Shown one piece after another: positions 9,960 through 20,684 of a DNA stretch of 24,000 nt. The stretch is from NCBI GenBank assembly GCA_002401765.2, contig NVTY02000080.1, positions 1-24,000 on the forward strand, given 5' to 3'. This DNA is from Thiotrichaceae bacterium (GTDB lineage: Bacteria; Pseudomonadota; Gammaproteobacteria; SZUA-140). The notes beneath the pieces were generated by a model. That model had not been told where the DNA came from. It saw only the letters and a program-made list of their open reading frames with translations, and did no database searches. The first letter of the stretch is position 1; every line of letters begins with the position of its first letter. A program made the translations under genes and the position numbers.

Positions 9960-11036
9960 TTAATCAATACCAACAACATCTATACCAGCTTGCTCGATCA
10001 CTCGCCTGACTGGCGCGGCCAAGCCAAGCGCTTTGGTCGAGGCGGGATTGTACCAGAGGCGGGAATCGTCATCCATGACAACGCTTTCCATAATTTTTGC
10101 ATGGGCATGCAACGGCGTCACTTCATAGTGGTAATGACTAAAGGTATGGCGCTGCACCGCGCCGCTTTCCAGCGCTAAAAGATCACACCCTAATTCACGC
10201 CGACACCATTCCCTCATTGCCGTCTCATCAACCTCACTCGGCCCCTCGGGAAAACACCATAACCCACCCCAGATGCCCGCGGGTGGCCGTCGATGCAGCA
10301 ACCACTCTCCGACGTCGTTTTCCAACACCAGCAAAACCCCTTTACGTCGTGGTAGTTTTTTACGCGGCTTGGATGTGGGCAGCTGGCCAACCAATGCAGC
10401 CGCTAATGCCATGCAATCTTGCGACACCGGGCATTCACCGCACAACGGTTTACTGCGGCGACAGACAGTCGCACCCAGGTCCATAATCGCCTGGGTATAA
10501 AAATCGGCATTCTTTTTCGGGGTTCGCTCTTCCGCTAGCAGCCACATATCTTTCTGGATCAATGGTGCACCCGGCCAGCCGTCGATGGCACAGTGGCGTG
10601 CCAGCACTCGCTTCACATTGCCATCCAGAATCGGGTGGCATTGTTTCAACGCCAGCGACAGCACAGCACCCGCGGTTGAACGGCCAATACCCGGCAATGC
10701 AATCACCTTCTCGATCGTCTCAGGGAATTGCCCACCATGCTGCTCACAGATCACTTGGGCCGCTTTATGCAGGTTACGCCCACGCGCGTAGTAACCGAGA
10801 CCGGCCCAATGGTGTAGCACTTCATCTTGAGTCGCCACCGCAAGTGCCTGCACATCCGGAAAGCTTTTCATAAAGCGTTCAAAATAGGGAATCACCGTCG
10901 CCACCTGTGTCTGCTGCAGCATAATTTCCGACACCCACACTCGGTACGCCGTCGGGTTCTGCTGCCACGGCAGATCTTTACGCCCATGCTTTTCAAACCA
11001 CGCCAGCAGGCGTGTACTAAATTTCTCTCTACTCAT
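9960..11036 (-). CDS. mutY: A/G-specific adenine DNA glycosylase MutY
   Basis: The ORF has LPWQ..PT.YRVWVSEIMLQQTQV, the HhH motif GIGRSTAGAV, the Fe-S cluster cysteines C.RSKP.C..CP....C and a NUDIX-like C-terminal domain. Confidence 0.92.
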   Translation of the reverse strand: MSREKFSTRLLAWFEKHGRKDLPWQQNPTAYRVWVSEIMLQQTQVATVIPYFERFMKSFPDVQALAVATQDEVLHHWAGLGYYARGRNLHKAAQVICEQHGGQFPETIEKVIALPGIGRSTAGAVLSLALKQCHPILDGNVKRVLARHCAIDGWPGAPLIQKDMWLLAEERTPKKNADFYTQAIMDLGATVCRRSKPLCGECPVSQDCMALAAALVGQLPTSKPRKKLPRRKGVLLVLENDVGEWLLHRRPPAGIWGGLWCFPEGPSEVDETAMREWCRRELGCDLLALESGAVQRHTFSHYHYEVTPLHAHAKIMESVVMDDDSRLWYNPASTKALGLAAPVRRVIEQAGIDVVGID

Positions 11037-11042
11037 GCACCA

Positions 11043-13307
11043 CTATCGTCCAAATAACGCTTTTAGTTTTTCTTTCGCCTTACGTTCCAGGCGTGCCTTT
11101 TCTGCTGCAAATTTTTTCTTCAACGCCGCCTTTTCATCCGTCTTGAGCTGATCAAGCTTCGCGCGGGCCTTTGCTTTTAGTTTCGCCTTCTCTTTGGCCA
11201 ACAGCGCTTTTGCCTGCGCCTTTAGCGCATCACCCAGTTCAAGTTTAAACTGGGGTTCTGCAAAGGTACCGGTTACACGCAACGGTAGTGTCAGGCCACG
11301 TAGTTCAGCCAGCCCCTTACCACCCTGCCCTTCTTTGGTTTTACTCAGCACGATGGTCGCAAGATAGTTAATTGTTTCATTCGCAAGGTCAACCTGTCCA
11401 TCGCCACCGACCCGCAGAAACGGTGATTTAATCGACAGATCACGGTTATTCACCACCCCATTTTTAATTTTGAAAGAGGCGGTTAACGCAGCAAAATCGG
11501 TATCACGCTTCTCAGCCGAGACGGGCGGTGCGGGACGCCCTTTTAATTTCGCCTTTGCCTCGTCCACCATCTGCACAAGATTAAAGTCTTTAATCGCCCC
11601 ATCAACAAAGGCGATGTTAGCGGTGCCACTCAGGCTTTTAGTAATCGCGGCCTGGGTATCCCCCACTGCCGTGAGTGTTGCCTGCATAGAACCCACACCA
11701 CTCACCTTGTCTTCACCCATATAATCTTTTAACAGTGGCCCAACGTGAATCTGCGTCATTGATTCATTCAGAGAAATTTTTGGCTGATCACCCCGCACAT
11801 CGAGCTGTATCTCACCGCGGTATTCGCCCTGGTAAAGCTGGGCGCTTAAAGGGTACATACGAATGATTCCATCCGCCGCATGCACTTTCGTTTTAAATGC
11901 GCTTAGCTGCAGGCCCGATACCTTAAGTTGATCGATATGAAGACTGCCATCAAGATCAAGTGCGCGCAGCATTTCCAACGGCAAGGTTGAAGCCGCCACC
12001 GTGGTTGGCGTAACCATCGGAACGGTGCTGCTAGTGTCGGCCTTCGAACGATCAGGCGTGTTAACCACCACCTCAGTAGACTCAACAACCATAGGTGGCA
12101 AGTAGCGGTCAAGGTCTAGCTGGTCAATCGTCAATCCATAAGTCACCGCGGGCAGCAGTGAATCCGACATGGTCAATTGTAATGCCCCCTCAATGCGGCT
12201 CTCATCCAGCATCAACACCCATTGCGCCAGCTTGTATTGCGCCAACGAGCCTTCCACTGCAAACTCAAGCTGTAGTCGGCTTAACACGCTGGCATCTGCG
12301 GTAACTGGCAACGTAATCCCCAGCGCAGGCAATACGGTTTGAGGATTAAATTCCGCGAGACGAAGATGACCATCAAACACCAAATCACCCAGCCACTGCT
12401 CAAGATTGAGCTCACCGCTGAGATTCAAACCGTAACTACTCAACTTAAGTGATGACAGCGCCACTGTCTGCTGCGCCATGTCCAGCGCAATGTCGCTCGC
12501 AAACACCACCACTGCCTGCCCTCCGGGAAGATCGCGGCCATTCAATGTCATATTGAGTGTGGTGTGATCGAAACGGTAATGCTCGTTGGCAAGATCGGCT
12601 TTTATCGTGGTTCGAAATTCAATCTGACCCGTGACAGCTGGTTGAGACACCTCAAACTGGCTACTCAGAAAAACATCCACGGGGGTGTTCAATGAAAGCA
12701 GGCCCGTTTCCAAGTTTAGTTGACTGATGGCATAGCGTACATCATTGAGATCATCAACGTAGTTCACCTGCGCATCGTTCACTTGAATCCCTCCAATCGC
12801 CAGTAAAACAAAGCCCATCTCACTCGACTGCAGGTCTGAAACAGCGGTCGGTGGTGGCGTTGTCGACTGGCGGGCCTGCGGAACGGGCGGCACTTCCGAC
12901 TGAACACCAGCAAGATCAGCCCAATTGGCAACGCCCTGGTCATCGATTCTTAAATCAAGCCGAAGGCCGTGCAATATCACCGTACTCACTTCAATTTGTC
13001 GATTCAACAACGGCAGCAAACGTAATTTCACCTCCGCACCTTCGATGCTCGCAAACTGGCCAGCGCCAAAGACGGCTGAGTTGGCCAGCGTCACGCGGCC
13101 AATCGTCACCCCAAGCCACGGAAAGAGTGAGAGCTCAATATCATCATTGATGCTCAAATTTCGTCCCATTGCATCGCTCACTAACCGCTCAATCTCACCT
13201 CGATAATCGTTTGGATTCAATAGAATCGGCACCACTAATACCACAACCAATAGTAGTGCCATTAGCGATGACATTATTATCCCAACTATTTTTAAGGTTT
13301 TCTTCAT
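11043..13307 (-). CDS. asmA: AsmA-family outer-membrane biogenesis protein
   Basis: The ORF has an N-terminal anchor (MKKTLKIVGIIMSSLMALLLVVVLVV) and a long beta-rich repetitive body typical of AsmA. The start was moved to ATG 13307, which follows GGAG. The tail is Lys/Ala-rich. Confidence 0.8.
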   Translation of the reverse strand: MKKTLKIVGIIMSSLMALLLVVVLVVPILLNPNDYRGEIERLVSDAMGRNLSINDDIELSLFPWLGVTIGRVTLANSAVFGAGQFASIEGAEVKLRLLPLLNRQIEVSTVILHGLRLDLRIDDQGVANWADLAGVQSEVPPVPQARQSTTPPPTAVSDLQSSEMGFVLLAIGGIQVNDAQVNYVDDLNDVRYAISQLNLETGLLSLNTPVDVFLSSQFEVSQPAVTGQIEFRTTIKADLANEHYRFDHTTLNMTLNGRDLPGGQAVVVFASDIALDMAQQTVALSSLKLSSYGLNLSGELNLEQWLGDLVFDGHLRLAEFNPQTVLPALGITLPVTADASVLSRLQLEFAVEGSLAQYKLAQWVLMLDESRIEGALQLTMSDSLLPAVTYGLTIDQLDLDRYLPPMVVESTEVVVNTPDRSKADTSSTVPMVTPTTVAASTLPLEMLRALDLDGSLHIDQLKVSGLQLSAFKTKVHAADGIIRMYPLSAQLYQGEYRGEIQLDVRGDQPKISLNESMTQIHVGPLLKDYMGEDKVSGVGSMQATLTAVGDTQAAITKSLSGTANIAFVDGAIKDFNLVQMVDEAKAKLKGRPAPPVSAEKRDTDFAALTASFKIKNGVVNNRDLSIKSPFLRVGGDGQVDLANETINYLATIVLSKTKEGQGGKGLAELRGLTLPLRVTGTFAEPQFKLELGDALKAQAKALLAKEKAKLKAKARAKLDQLKTDEKAALKKKFAAEKARLERKAKEKLKALFGR

Positions 13308-13444
13308 GCTACTCCGCGTCCTTAAATACTCCCAAAGGGTTGCTTCTCCGATTCCCCAGGCCACTCAACTTGCGCAATCGCTATCATAATGTATATTGAG
13401 TCCCTTCCTAATTACTAACTAGCAGTTTAACAGGCAACACAGGC

Positions 13445-13852
13445 ATGAGCACGACGCTATACCGCGCCATCAGAATTGAAAATGCGGATAACAACAGCAC
13501 CACGGGGCAGCTGCACATCACCCACTATTCGCAGTCTGAACGAACCTCGCGTGCGCTTAAAATGTTGGCGCTGATGTGGGGGCTGGCAATCATCACCGTC
13601 TTTATTCCACTTGCCCATTTTGTATTGGTACCCGCCTTCCTGATCGCCGGCCCTGTTATCGCCTACAAACGCTATCAAACGGAAGAACATCCAAGCAGTG
13701 CAGAAGGCGAATGTCCAACCTGCAAACAACCTTCTTCGATTCACCTTGAACCTGCTGACACCCTCCCCATGTGGACCTACTGCTCGGTCAATAGTGACCC
13801 GGTACAACTACTAGACGACCCACAGGGCGCGACCAATACAACCCCCGCTTAA
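13445..13852 (+). CDS. Hypothetical membrane protein
   Basis: The 135-aa ORF has two adjacent hydrophobic segments (LKMLALMWGLAIITVFIPLAHFVLVPAFLIAGPVIAY) and a CPTC motif. No family was recognised. Confidence 0.45.
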   Translation: MSTTLYRAIRIENADNNSTTGQLHITHYSQSERTSRALKMLALMWGLAIITVFIPLAHFVLVPAFLIAGPVIAYKRYQTEEHPSSAEGECPTCKQPSSIHLEPADTLPMWTYCSVNSDPVQLLDDPQGATNTTPA

Positions 13853-13870
13853 GCGACTGGAGACTATGTT

Positions 13871-13969
13871 ATGAGAGGCGTTTTTGCGATCTTTATTCTA
13901 TTGTTATTGCTGATTTCTGGCACCGCGACGATTATGCTAATGCTCTATCTGTTCGGCGTGATCGGTTAA
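13871..13969 (+). CDS. Possible 32-aa hydrophobic micropeptide
   Basis: ATG 13871 follows GGAG (13858-13861). The product is MRGVFAIFILLLLLISGTATIMLMLYLFGVIG. It is below the size cutoff of the ORF track and is supported only by sequence features. Confidence 0.25.
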   Translation: MRGVFAIFILLLLLISGTATIMLMLYLFGVIG

Positions 13970-13995
13970 TTAATGCCGCTGATGAATTTAAAAAA

Positions 13996-14069
13996 TGGAG
14001 CGGGTGATGGGAATCGAACCCACGTGACTAGCTTGGGAAGCTAAAGTTCTACCATTGAACTACACCCGC
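13996..14069 (-). tRNA. tRNA-Gly (anticodon CCC)
   Basis: The reverse complement is GCGGGTGTAGTTCAATGGTAGAACTTTAGCTTCCCAAGCTAGTCACGTGGGTTCGATTCCCATCACCCGCTCCA. It closely parallels the E. coli tRNA-Gly(CCC) layout. Confidence 0.93.
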
Positions 14070-14127
14070 ATCATCTAAAAACAGTGTACCGCTCTCTCGG
14101 GCAAAACACACCCCCTAGGAAACCACA

Positions 14128-14328
14128 ATGAAAATCCAGCTCAATGGCGAACCACGTGAGATTACTGACGGTACCACACTGAGCACGCTGCTAGAGCAGC
14201 TTGAAATGGCGCAACAGCGCATCGCGGTAGAGATTAACCTCAGCATCATTCCACGCAGCCAATATGTGGAAACTGTTTTACAGGCAGATGATAAGATTGA
14301 ATTAGTGCGCGCGATAGGTGGCGGCTAA
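14128..14328 (+). CDS. thiS: Sulfur-carrier protein ThiS
   Basis: The 66-aa ORF begins MKIQLNGEP and ends IELVRAIGGG. The ubiquitin-like fold signature and C-terminal Gly-Gly are present. Confidence 0.85.
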   Translation: MKIQLNGEPREITDGTTLSTLLEQLEMAQQRIAVEINLSIIPRSQYVETVLQADDKIELVRAIGGG

Positions 14329-14360
14329 CGCCGTACGAAACCTTGGTACGATCAATAGAA

Positions 14361-14897
14361 CTACAGCAACATCCCCATCAGTAGCAGACGCCCCTGCTCA
14401 TAAGTCAAAGAGCCAAAGTGGCTATAGGCGATCTTGCCAAATTTATCGACGATCACCGTGTGCGGCAAAATACCATACTGATTACCATATGCCATCGGAG
14501 TCTCAAAGGTATTCCCATCCCCCAGTAAAATAGGATAATTAATGCGTGGTTCAAGGCCCTCTAAAAAAGCATTCACATCACGCACATCATCCAGTGCGAC
14601 GCCAATAAACTGCACCCCTTGATCACGATAATGTTGTTGCAGACGGGTAAACGCGGGCATCTCGCGTAGACAAGGCTCACACCAGCTCGCCCAGAAGTTA
14701 ATCACTAACAGTTTGCCATCCCACTCACTGATGCTACGCGCGGTACCATCAAGGTCAGGCAGGGTGAAGGCGGGGCGCGGCTGATTCAACATCAGGTCGC
14801 CCTGCGCCTTTACCGCTTGACTGGCTGCCAGCAGAATAGCCAAGCATAGCAGCGATGCTGCCACGCTTAAAATGAGGCGAGGAATGGAACGAGACAT
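14361..14897 (-). CDS. Periplasmic TlpA/ResA-like thiol:disulfide oxidoreductase (redoxin family)
   Basis: The ORF has a signal peptide, the WASWCEPC active site and a thioredoxin fold length. It follows dsbD on the same strand. Confidence 0.8.
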   Translation of the reverse strand: MSRSIPRLILSVAASLLCLAILLAASQAVKAQGDLMLNQPRPAFTLPDLDGTARSISEWDGKLLVINFWASWCEPCLREMPAFTRLQQHYRDQGVQFIGVALDDVRDVNAFLEGLEPRINYPILLGDGNTFETPMAYGNQYGILPHTVIVDKFGKIAYSHFGSLTYEQGRLLLMGMLL

Positions 14898-14910
14898 TAT
14901 TTAATCCTGA

Positions 14911-16782
14911 TTAAAGCGCGTTATTAACATGTGCAGCAAATTCTTCCGCCGCCATAAAACCGATCACCCGACGGCTCTTAATCTCATTGCCATGGGTATC
15001 AAAGAAAAGAATCGCGGGCGGGCCAAACAGACCAAATGCTTTTAGCAGTTCTTGATCAGTCTCATCATTGGGCGTCACGTCTGCCTGTAATAGTAGTACA
15101 TTATCAAGCGCCTTATGAACGTTCACATCGCTAAAGGTACGCTTCTCCATGATCTTGCAATCAACACACCAGTCAGCGTAAAAATCTAACATCACCGCCC
15201 GATTTTGACTGGCCGCATTTTTCACTTCACTTTCCAGCTCCGCCAGGCTCTTAATCGTTTTGAAGTTTAGATGCGCTTCTGCCTTGCTGCCACCGCCCAT
15301 TAATGTGGAGCCATGCAACGGCTGCAACACATCGCGCCCACCGGATGATGCGCCAAGCATCACAATCGCACCGTAAATCAACATCACAAGCCCCAGCCCT
15401 TTCCATAATTTCTGCCAACCACTGGCACTGTTTTCCAGCTGCGTTAATGCACCTAAATAGATCGAGGTACCAATCAAGAGTATTGCCCACAGAAACATGG
15501 CAGTCTGCGCCGGGATCACTCGCTCCAGCATCCAGATCGCAAGACCCAGCATCATCACACCAAACACCGCTTTGATGCTATCCATCCAGCCGCCCATCTT
15601 AGGCAGTAATTTACCCGCCGAGGTGCCAAACAGCAGCAGTGGCGTACCCATCCCAAGGCTCAAGACAAAGAGTGAAATGCCGCCGAATACGGCGTCGCCA
15701 CTCATGCCGATATAAATCAAAATGCCTGCAAGCGGTGCTGCCACACAGGGGCCAACGATCAACGCAGATAACACGCCCATCACGCCCGCGCCCACCAACG
15801 TGCCGCTGCTCTGTTTGCGACTCATCGCATCCAGGCGACTCTGGATGGCACTTGGCATCTGCAGTTCATAAAAGCCAAACATCGACATCGCCAGCACCAC
15901 AAACAGCAGACTAAAACTACCGATAATCCATGGATTTTGAAACATGATTTGCAGGTTCTGACCAAACATCCCCGCTAGCACACCGGCCACGGTATAAGTC
16001 AGTGCCATCGCCAACACATAAGTCAACGACAGAGAAAAAGCGCGACGTGTCGTTACCTCTTTACCTTCCCCAACAATAATGCTGGAAAGAATCGGCATCA
16101 TCGGCAAGACACATGGGGTAAACGCTAACAATAAACCAATGCCGAAAAAGCTCAGTATGGTGAGAAACCAGCCATCGCCAGCCAGTTCCAGCGCAATCCG
16201 CTCATGCTCAGGCACAAACACAGAGGCACCGCTATCGACACTGCCTTCACTGGAACTCGCCTTAGGCAGATTAAACTCAGCCGTTTTGGTGATGGGCGGG
16301 TAACAGAAACCATCTTCAGCGCAACCCTGGTAGGTAACACTGAGCGTCAGCGGCATGGCCGCCAAATTGCTGCGCTTAAGCGGTAACGTCACCACCGCTT
16401 CATTAAAATAGACCTCCATCTCGCCAAAGTTTTCATCTTCCTTCAGCTTGCCTTGCGGCGCACGAAACGGCAGCAGTTCAACCCCTTCGGCATCCACCAG
16501 CTTAAATGCAAAACGTTCACGGTAGAGATAGTAATTCTCAGCCACATCCCAACGCGCCACCAGCGTATTGGGATCCTGAATCTCACTGCTAAAGATGAAG
16601 GCATCATCTGGCTTGAGAAAACGCGGCTGCTCCTGAGAGCCGAACCCCAGGCCTTGCCCAAAACTTGATAACGAATCAAATATACTGCCCGACGTATTAC
16701 CCTCAGCATGCAGAAAAGTCGGCGCAGACAACAAAAGGGCAACCACCAACGGTGCCAGCAGAATACGTAATTTATTTATCAT
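14911..16782 (-). CDS. dsbD: Thiol:disulfide interchange protein DsbD (protein-disulfide reductase)
   Basis: The 623-aa ORF has a signal peptide, an N-terminal periplasmic domain with YQGCAEDGFCYPP, a polytopic core and a C-terminal thioredoxin domain (YADWCVDCK). Confidence 0.92.
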   Translation of the reverse strand: MINKLRILLAPLVVALLLSAPTFLHAEGNTSGSIFDSLSSFGQGLGFGSQEQPRFLKPDDAFIFSSEIQDPNTLVARWDVAENYYLYRERFAFKLVDAEGVELLPFRAPQGKLKEDENFGEMEVYFNEAVVTLPLKRSNLAAMPLTLSVTYQGCAEDGFCYPPITKTAEFNLPKASSSEGSVDSGASVFVPEHERIALELAGDGWFLTILSFFGIGLLLAFTPCVLPMMPILSSIIVGEGKEVTTRRAFSLSLTYVLAMALTYTVAGVLAGMFGQNLQIMFQNPWIIGSFSLLFVVLAMSMFGFYELQMPSAIQSRLDAMSRKQSSGTLVGAGVMGVLSALIVGPCVAAPLAGILIYIGMSGDAVFGGISLFVLSLGMGTPLLLFGTSAGKLLPKMGGWMDSIKAVFGVMMLGLAIWMLERVIPAQTAMFLWAILLIGTSIYLGALTQLENSASGWQKLWKGLGLVMLIYGAIVMLGASSGGRDVLQPLHGSTLMGGGSKAEAHLNFKTIKSLAELESEVKNAASQNRAVMLDFYADWCVDCKIMEKRTFSDVNVHKALDNVLLLQADVTPNDETDQELLKAFGLFGPPAILFFDTHGNEIKSRRVIGFMAAEEFAAHVNNAL

Positions 16783-16842
16783 AATGATTGTGTTACCAGA
16801 GTTCTCAAATCGCGTCGTAATAATACTCGAATTACATCAAAT

Positions 16843-17175
16843 TTATTGTGATTCGTTTGGCACCCGCTCCATGACCCAATCGAGATAAGCAGGTAATCCA
16901 GCCTCGATTGAGACCGCAATAATTTCAGGAAGTTCATATGGATGCATCGCCTTAATTTGCTGTTCAATCGCGACATAAGCACTCTGCGGGGCCTTAATCA
17001 GCAACAACTGCTCATCCCCAGCGGTCATCTTCCCCTGCCATTTATATATAGAGCGCACCCCCGGCAGAATATTAACGCACGCGGCCAAGTCTTGCTCCAC
17101 CAGCGCATTGGCAATCTTTTCTGAGGTTGCGCTGTCTGGCGCACTGCTAATAATCAATAACGCGTCTTTATCCAT
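16843..17175 (-). CDS. cutA: Divalent-cation tolerance protein CutA
   Basis: The ORF has LAACVNILPGVRSIYKWQGK...DEQLLLIK...HPYELPEIIA. The start was moved to the internal ATG 17175 (MDKDALLII). It lies upstream of dsbD, as in E. coli cutA-dipZ. Confidence 0.88.
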   Translation of the reverse strand: MDKDALLIISSAPDSATSEKIANALVEQDLAACVNILPGVRSIYKWQGKMTAGDEQLLLIKAPQSAYVAIEQQIKAMHPYELPEIIAVSIEAGLPAYLDWVMERVPNESQ

Positions 17176-17283
17176 ACCCGAAAAATACACTATTGAGCGA
17201 GAACAGGCAAAATAGCCAAAGGCGCCCGCCAAGCCAATAATGGTATAGTGGGTCCTCGTGTAAACTAGCTAAACGGTGATTGT

Positions 17284-17757
17284 ATGGGCTTTTTCCAGAT
17301 ACTGCTTCTGTTGTTTCTATTGGTGCCAGTGATCGAGATTTACCTGCTCATCGAAGTCGGCAGCATGATTGGCGCAATTTACACCATCCTATTAGTGGTA
17401 CTCACCGCCGTGGCTGGCGCCGCGTTGTTACGCTGGCAGGGCTTGACCACCTTTCAGCGGGTGCGCGAGGCGATGGCACGCGGCGAAGTGCCCGCCATCG
17501 AAATGATGGAAGGGGTGGTCCTGCTGATCTGTGGCGCGCTGTTACTCACCCCTGGGTTTTTCACCGATGCGATCGGTTTCCTGGCCCTCATCCCCGCCGT
17601 ACGCCGCCACTTCATTTTAGAGGTGATTAAACGCCAATCGGTTTCGATGAACCGAGGTTTCAAGCCGCAAAACACCTATGAAGGACAAGGTAAAAACCAC
17701 GAATCACGCACGATTGAGGGCGAGTCGTGGCAGGATAACGACGAAAAACGTCGCTAA
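17284..17757 (+). CDS. fxsA: FxsA-family cytoplasmic membrane protein
   Basis: The N-terminus is LLLFLLVPVIEIYLLIEVGSMIG, and LLLTPGFFTDAIGFLALIP and a basic C-tail follow. The overlapping ORF at 17280 was rejected. Confidence 0.8.
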   Translation: MGFFQILLLLFLLVPVIEIYLLIEVGSMIGAIYTILLVVLTAVAGAALLRWQGLTTFQRVREAMARGEVPAIEMMEGVVLLICGALLLTPGFFTDAIGFLALIPAVRRHFILEVIKRQSVSMNRGFKPQNTYEGQGKNHESRTIEGESWQDNDEKRR

Positions 17758-17802
17758 ACCCACTCGATTTGAGAAAAAAACAAGAAAACCTCCCACCTGC
17801 CC

Positions 17803-17830
17803 TTGACTCTTAACAATTCGACACTATGAT
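17803..17830 (+). promoter_or_regulatory. Sigma70-type promoter candidate for groES-groEL
   Basis: TTGACT (17803-17808) is followed by a 16-bp spacer and TATGAT (17825-17830). CIRCE begins 3 bp downstream. Confidence 0.5.
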
Positions 17831-17832
17831 TG

Positions 17833-17859
17833 TTAGCACTCGTTTACGGCGAGTGCTAA
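17833..17859 (+). promoter_or_regulatory. CIRCE operator (HrcA binding site)
   Basis: ttagcactc-gtttacggc-gagtgctaa is a perfect match to the CIRCE consensus TTAGCACTC-N9-GAGTGCTAA. It lies 73 bp upstream of the groES ATG. Confidence 0.88.
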
Positions 17860-17931
17860 AGCATACCGTAAACCGGCCGCAAGGCCATTTCAACATCCTG
17901 ATTTTACAAATGATTCTAGGAGGATCAAAAC

Positions 17932-18222
17932 ATGCAACTGCGACCATTACATGATCGTGCAATCGTACGCCGTACGGAAGAAGAGCGTACATCAGCTGGC
18001 GGTATCGTCATCCCGGATTCAGCGACCGAAAAACCTTCTCGCGGTGAAGTACTGGCTGTTGGCAAAGGCAAGCGCCTTGATAACGGCGAACTCGCAGCAA
18101 TGGACATCAAAGCTGGCGACCAGGTTCTGTTTGGCAAATACGCAGGCACCGAGATCAAAATCGACGGCGAAGAGCTGTTGGTAATGACCGAAAGCGACAT
18201 CATGGGCATTTTCGACGCCTAG
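17932..18222 (+). CDS. groES: Co-chaperonin GroES
   Basis: The 96-aa ORF begins [14 protein letters not shown] and contains GGIVIPD. AGGAGG lies upstream. Confidence 0.97.
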   Translation: MQLRPLHDRAIVRRTEEERTSAGGIVIPDSATEKPSRGEVLAVGKGKRLDNGELAAMDIKAGDQVLFGKYAGTEIKIDGEELLVMTESDIMGIFDA

Positions 18223-18252
18223 GTCCGCCCGCTACACAACCCAGAATTTTAG

Positions 18253-19905
<1,653 letters not shown>

Positions 19906-19936
19906 GCTGTCTCTACAAACCCTGTAGAAATTAAGA

Positions 19937-19964
19937 CCCTCGCCAGTTTGGCGAGGGTTTTTTT
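19937..19964 (+). terminator. Rho-independent terminator of groESL
   Basis: ccctcgcc (19937-19944) pairs with ggcgaggg (19950-19957) across loop agttt, followed by a T7 run. Confidence 0.88.
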
Positions 19965-20282
19965 ATGGGTGCTATGCCTCAACTACCTTCTGAAAGGATA
20001 AATTATTCCTTATCCAAGGCAATAGCTGTAGTCAGCTTATAAACAAATAGGGTATAAACTCTCATACGAAATTTGTTATATTATTAAACAGATCGCTGTT
20101 ATACGCTTCTGAGTGACTCGCTTTTCAACTGCAAAGTCGGAGTACACGAATAGGCCCTACCACCCAAAACATGGCAATAGAGGAATATTCAATTATAAAT
20201 AAGCAGAAGGTCAAATGCTCACACTCATCCCTCTTCTAACTCATAAAATACCACTCAAGAAAGCTTTTAAATTGCCGATTAT

Positions 20283-20684
20283 ATGGAATATGGTATAGTC
20301 CACATAGATATTCATCAGCATGCTAGGCAAGATTTGAATGAATTGTGGCGTGATAACCCAAAGGCCGCAGCATCAGCCGAAGCAGTCCTGGAACAACTGT
20401 CAGCAGATCCCGAGGTTATCGATAAGCTTACAACCCACGGTGATAACACCACTGGGAAAAACCTAATTAATGTAAAGAGCTGGCAAAGCGTTCGCGGGAT
20501 TGCTGATTTGTGGAGGTTTCGTATACTAGAAACCCCAGCAACTACATGCCGAATCATTTATGGACATCATTGGTACACAAGACAGCTTTGTATATTTGCA
20601 GTAGTAGAAAAGGGGACATACGATTATGACAATCTTAAAAGTAATATCAACCAAAGAATCCTTACCGATTGGCGGGATCTCTAG
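20283..20684 (+). CDS. RelE/ParE-superfamily-like toxin candidate
   Basis: The 133-aa ORF has an N-terminal DLNELWRDNPKAAASAEAVLEQL and a C-terminal DLWRFRI....CRIIYG....LCIFAVVEKG.YDYD. This is the layout I recall for a RelE/ParE-type family that pairs with XRE antitoxins. It is AT-rich relative to its neighbours. The assignment was not checked by any search. Confidence 0.55.
   Translation: MEYGIVHIDIHQHARQDLNELWRDNPKAAASAEAVLEQLSADPEVIDKLTTHGDNTTGKNLINVKSWQSVRGIADLWRFRILETPATTCRIIYGHHWYTRQLCIFAVVEKGTYDYDNLKSNINQRILTDWRDL

Noticed and set aside
8888-11057. Alternative-frame or antisense ORFs over the FGE gene, yggX and mutY (8888-9391, 9609-10178, 10217-10486 and others)
   Set aside because: Each overlaps a gene with strong family motifs on the other frame or strand. 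They are shadow ORFs.
14083-14092. Third copy of agtgtaccgc (also at 2291-2300 and 8052-8061), next to tRNA-Gly
   Set aside because: In a 24-kb window, 10-mers that recur two or three times are expected by chance (roughly a couple of triples on both strands). Only the copies at the island ends have supporting context.
17280-17630. 116-aa ORF overlapping fxsA
   Set aside because: It is the +1 frame of fxsA and is Arg/His/Gly-rich. The 17284 frame carries the FxsA membrane motifs.
17761-17931. Sigma32 heat-shock promoter upstream of groES
   Set aside because: No convincing CTTGAAA-N13-15-CCCCATNT match was found. The TTGACT/TATGAT pair plus CIRCE explains the region better.
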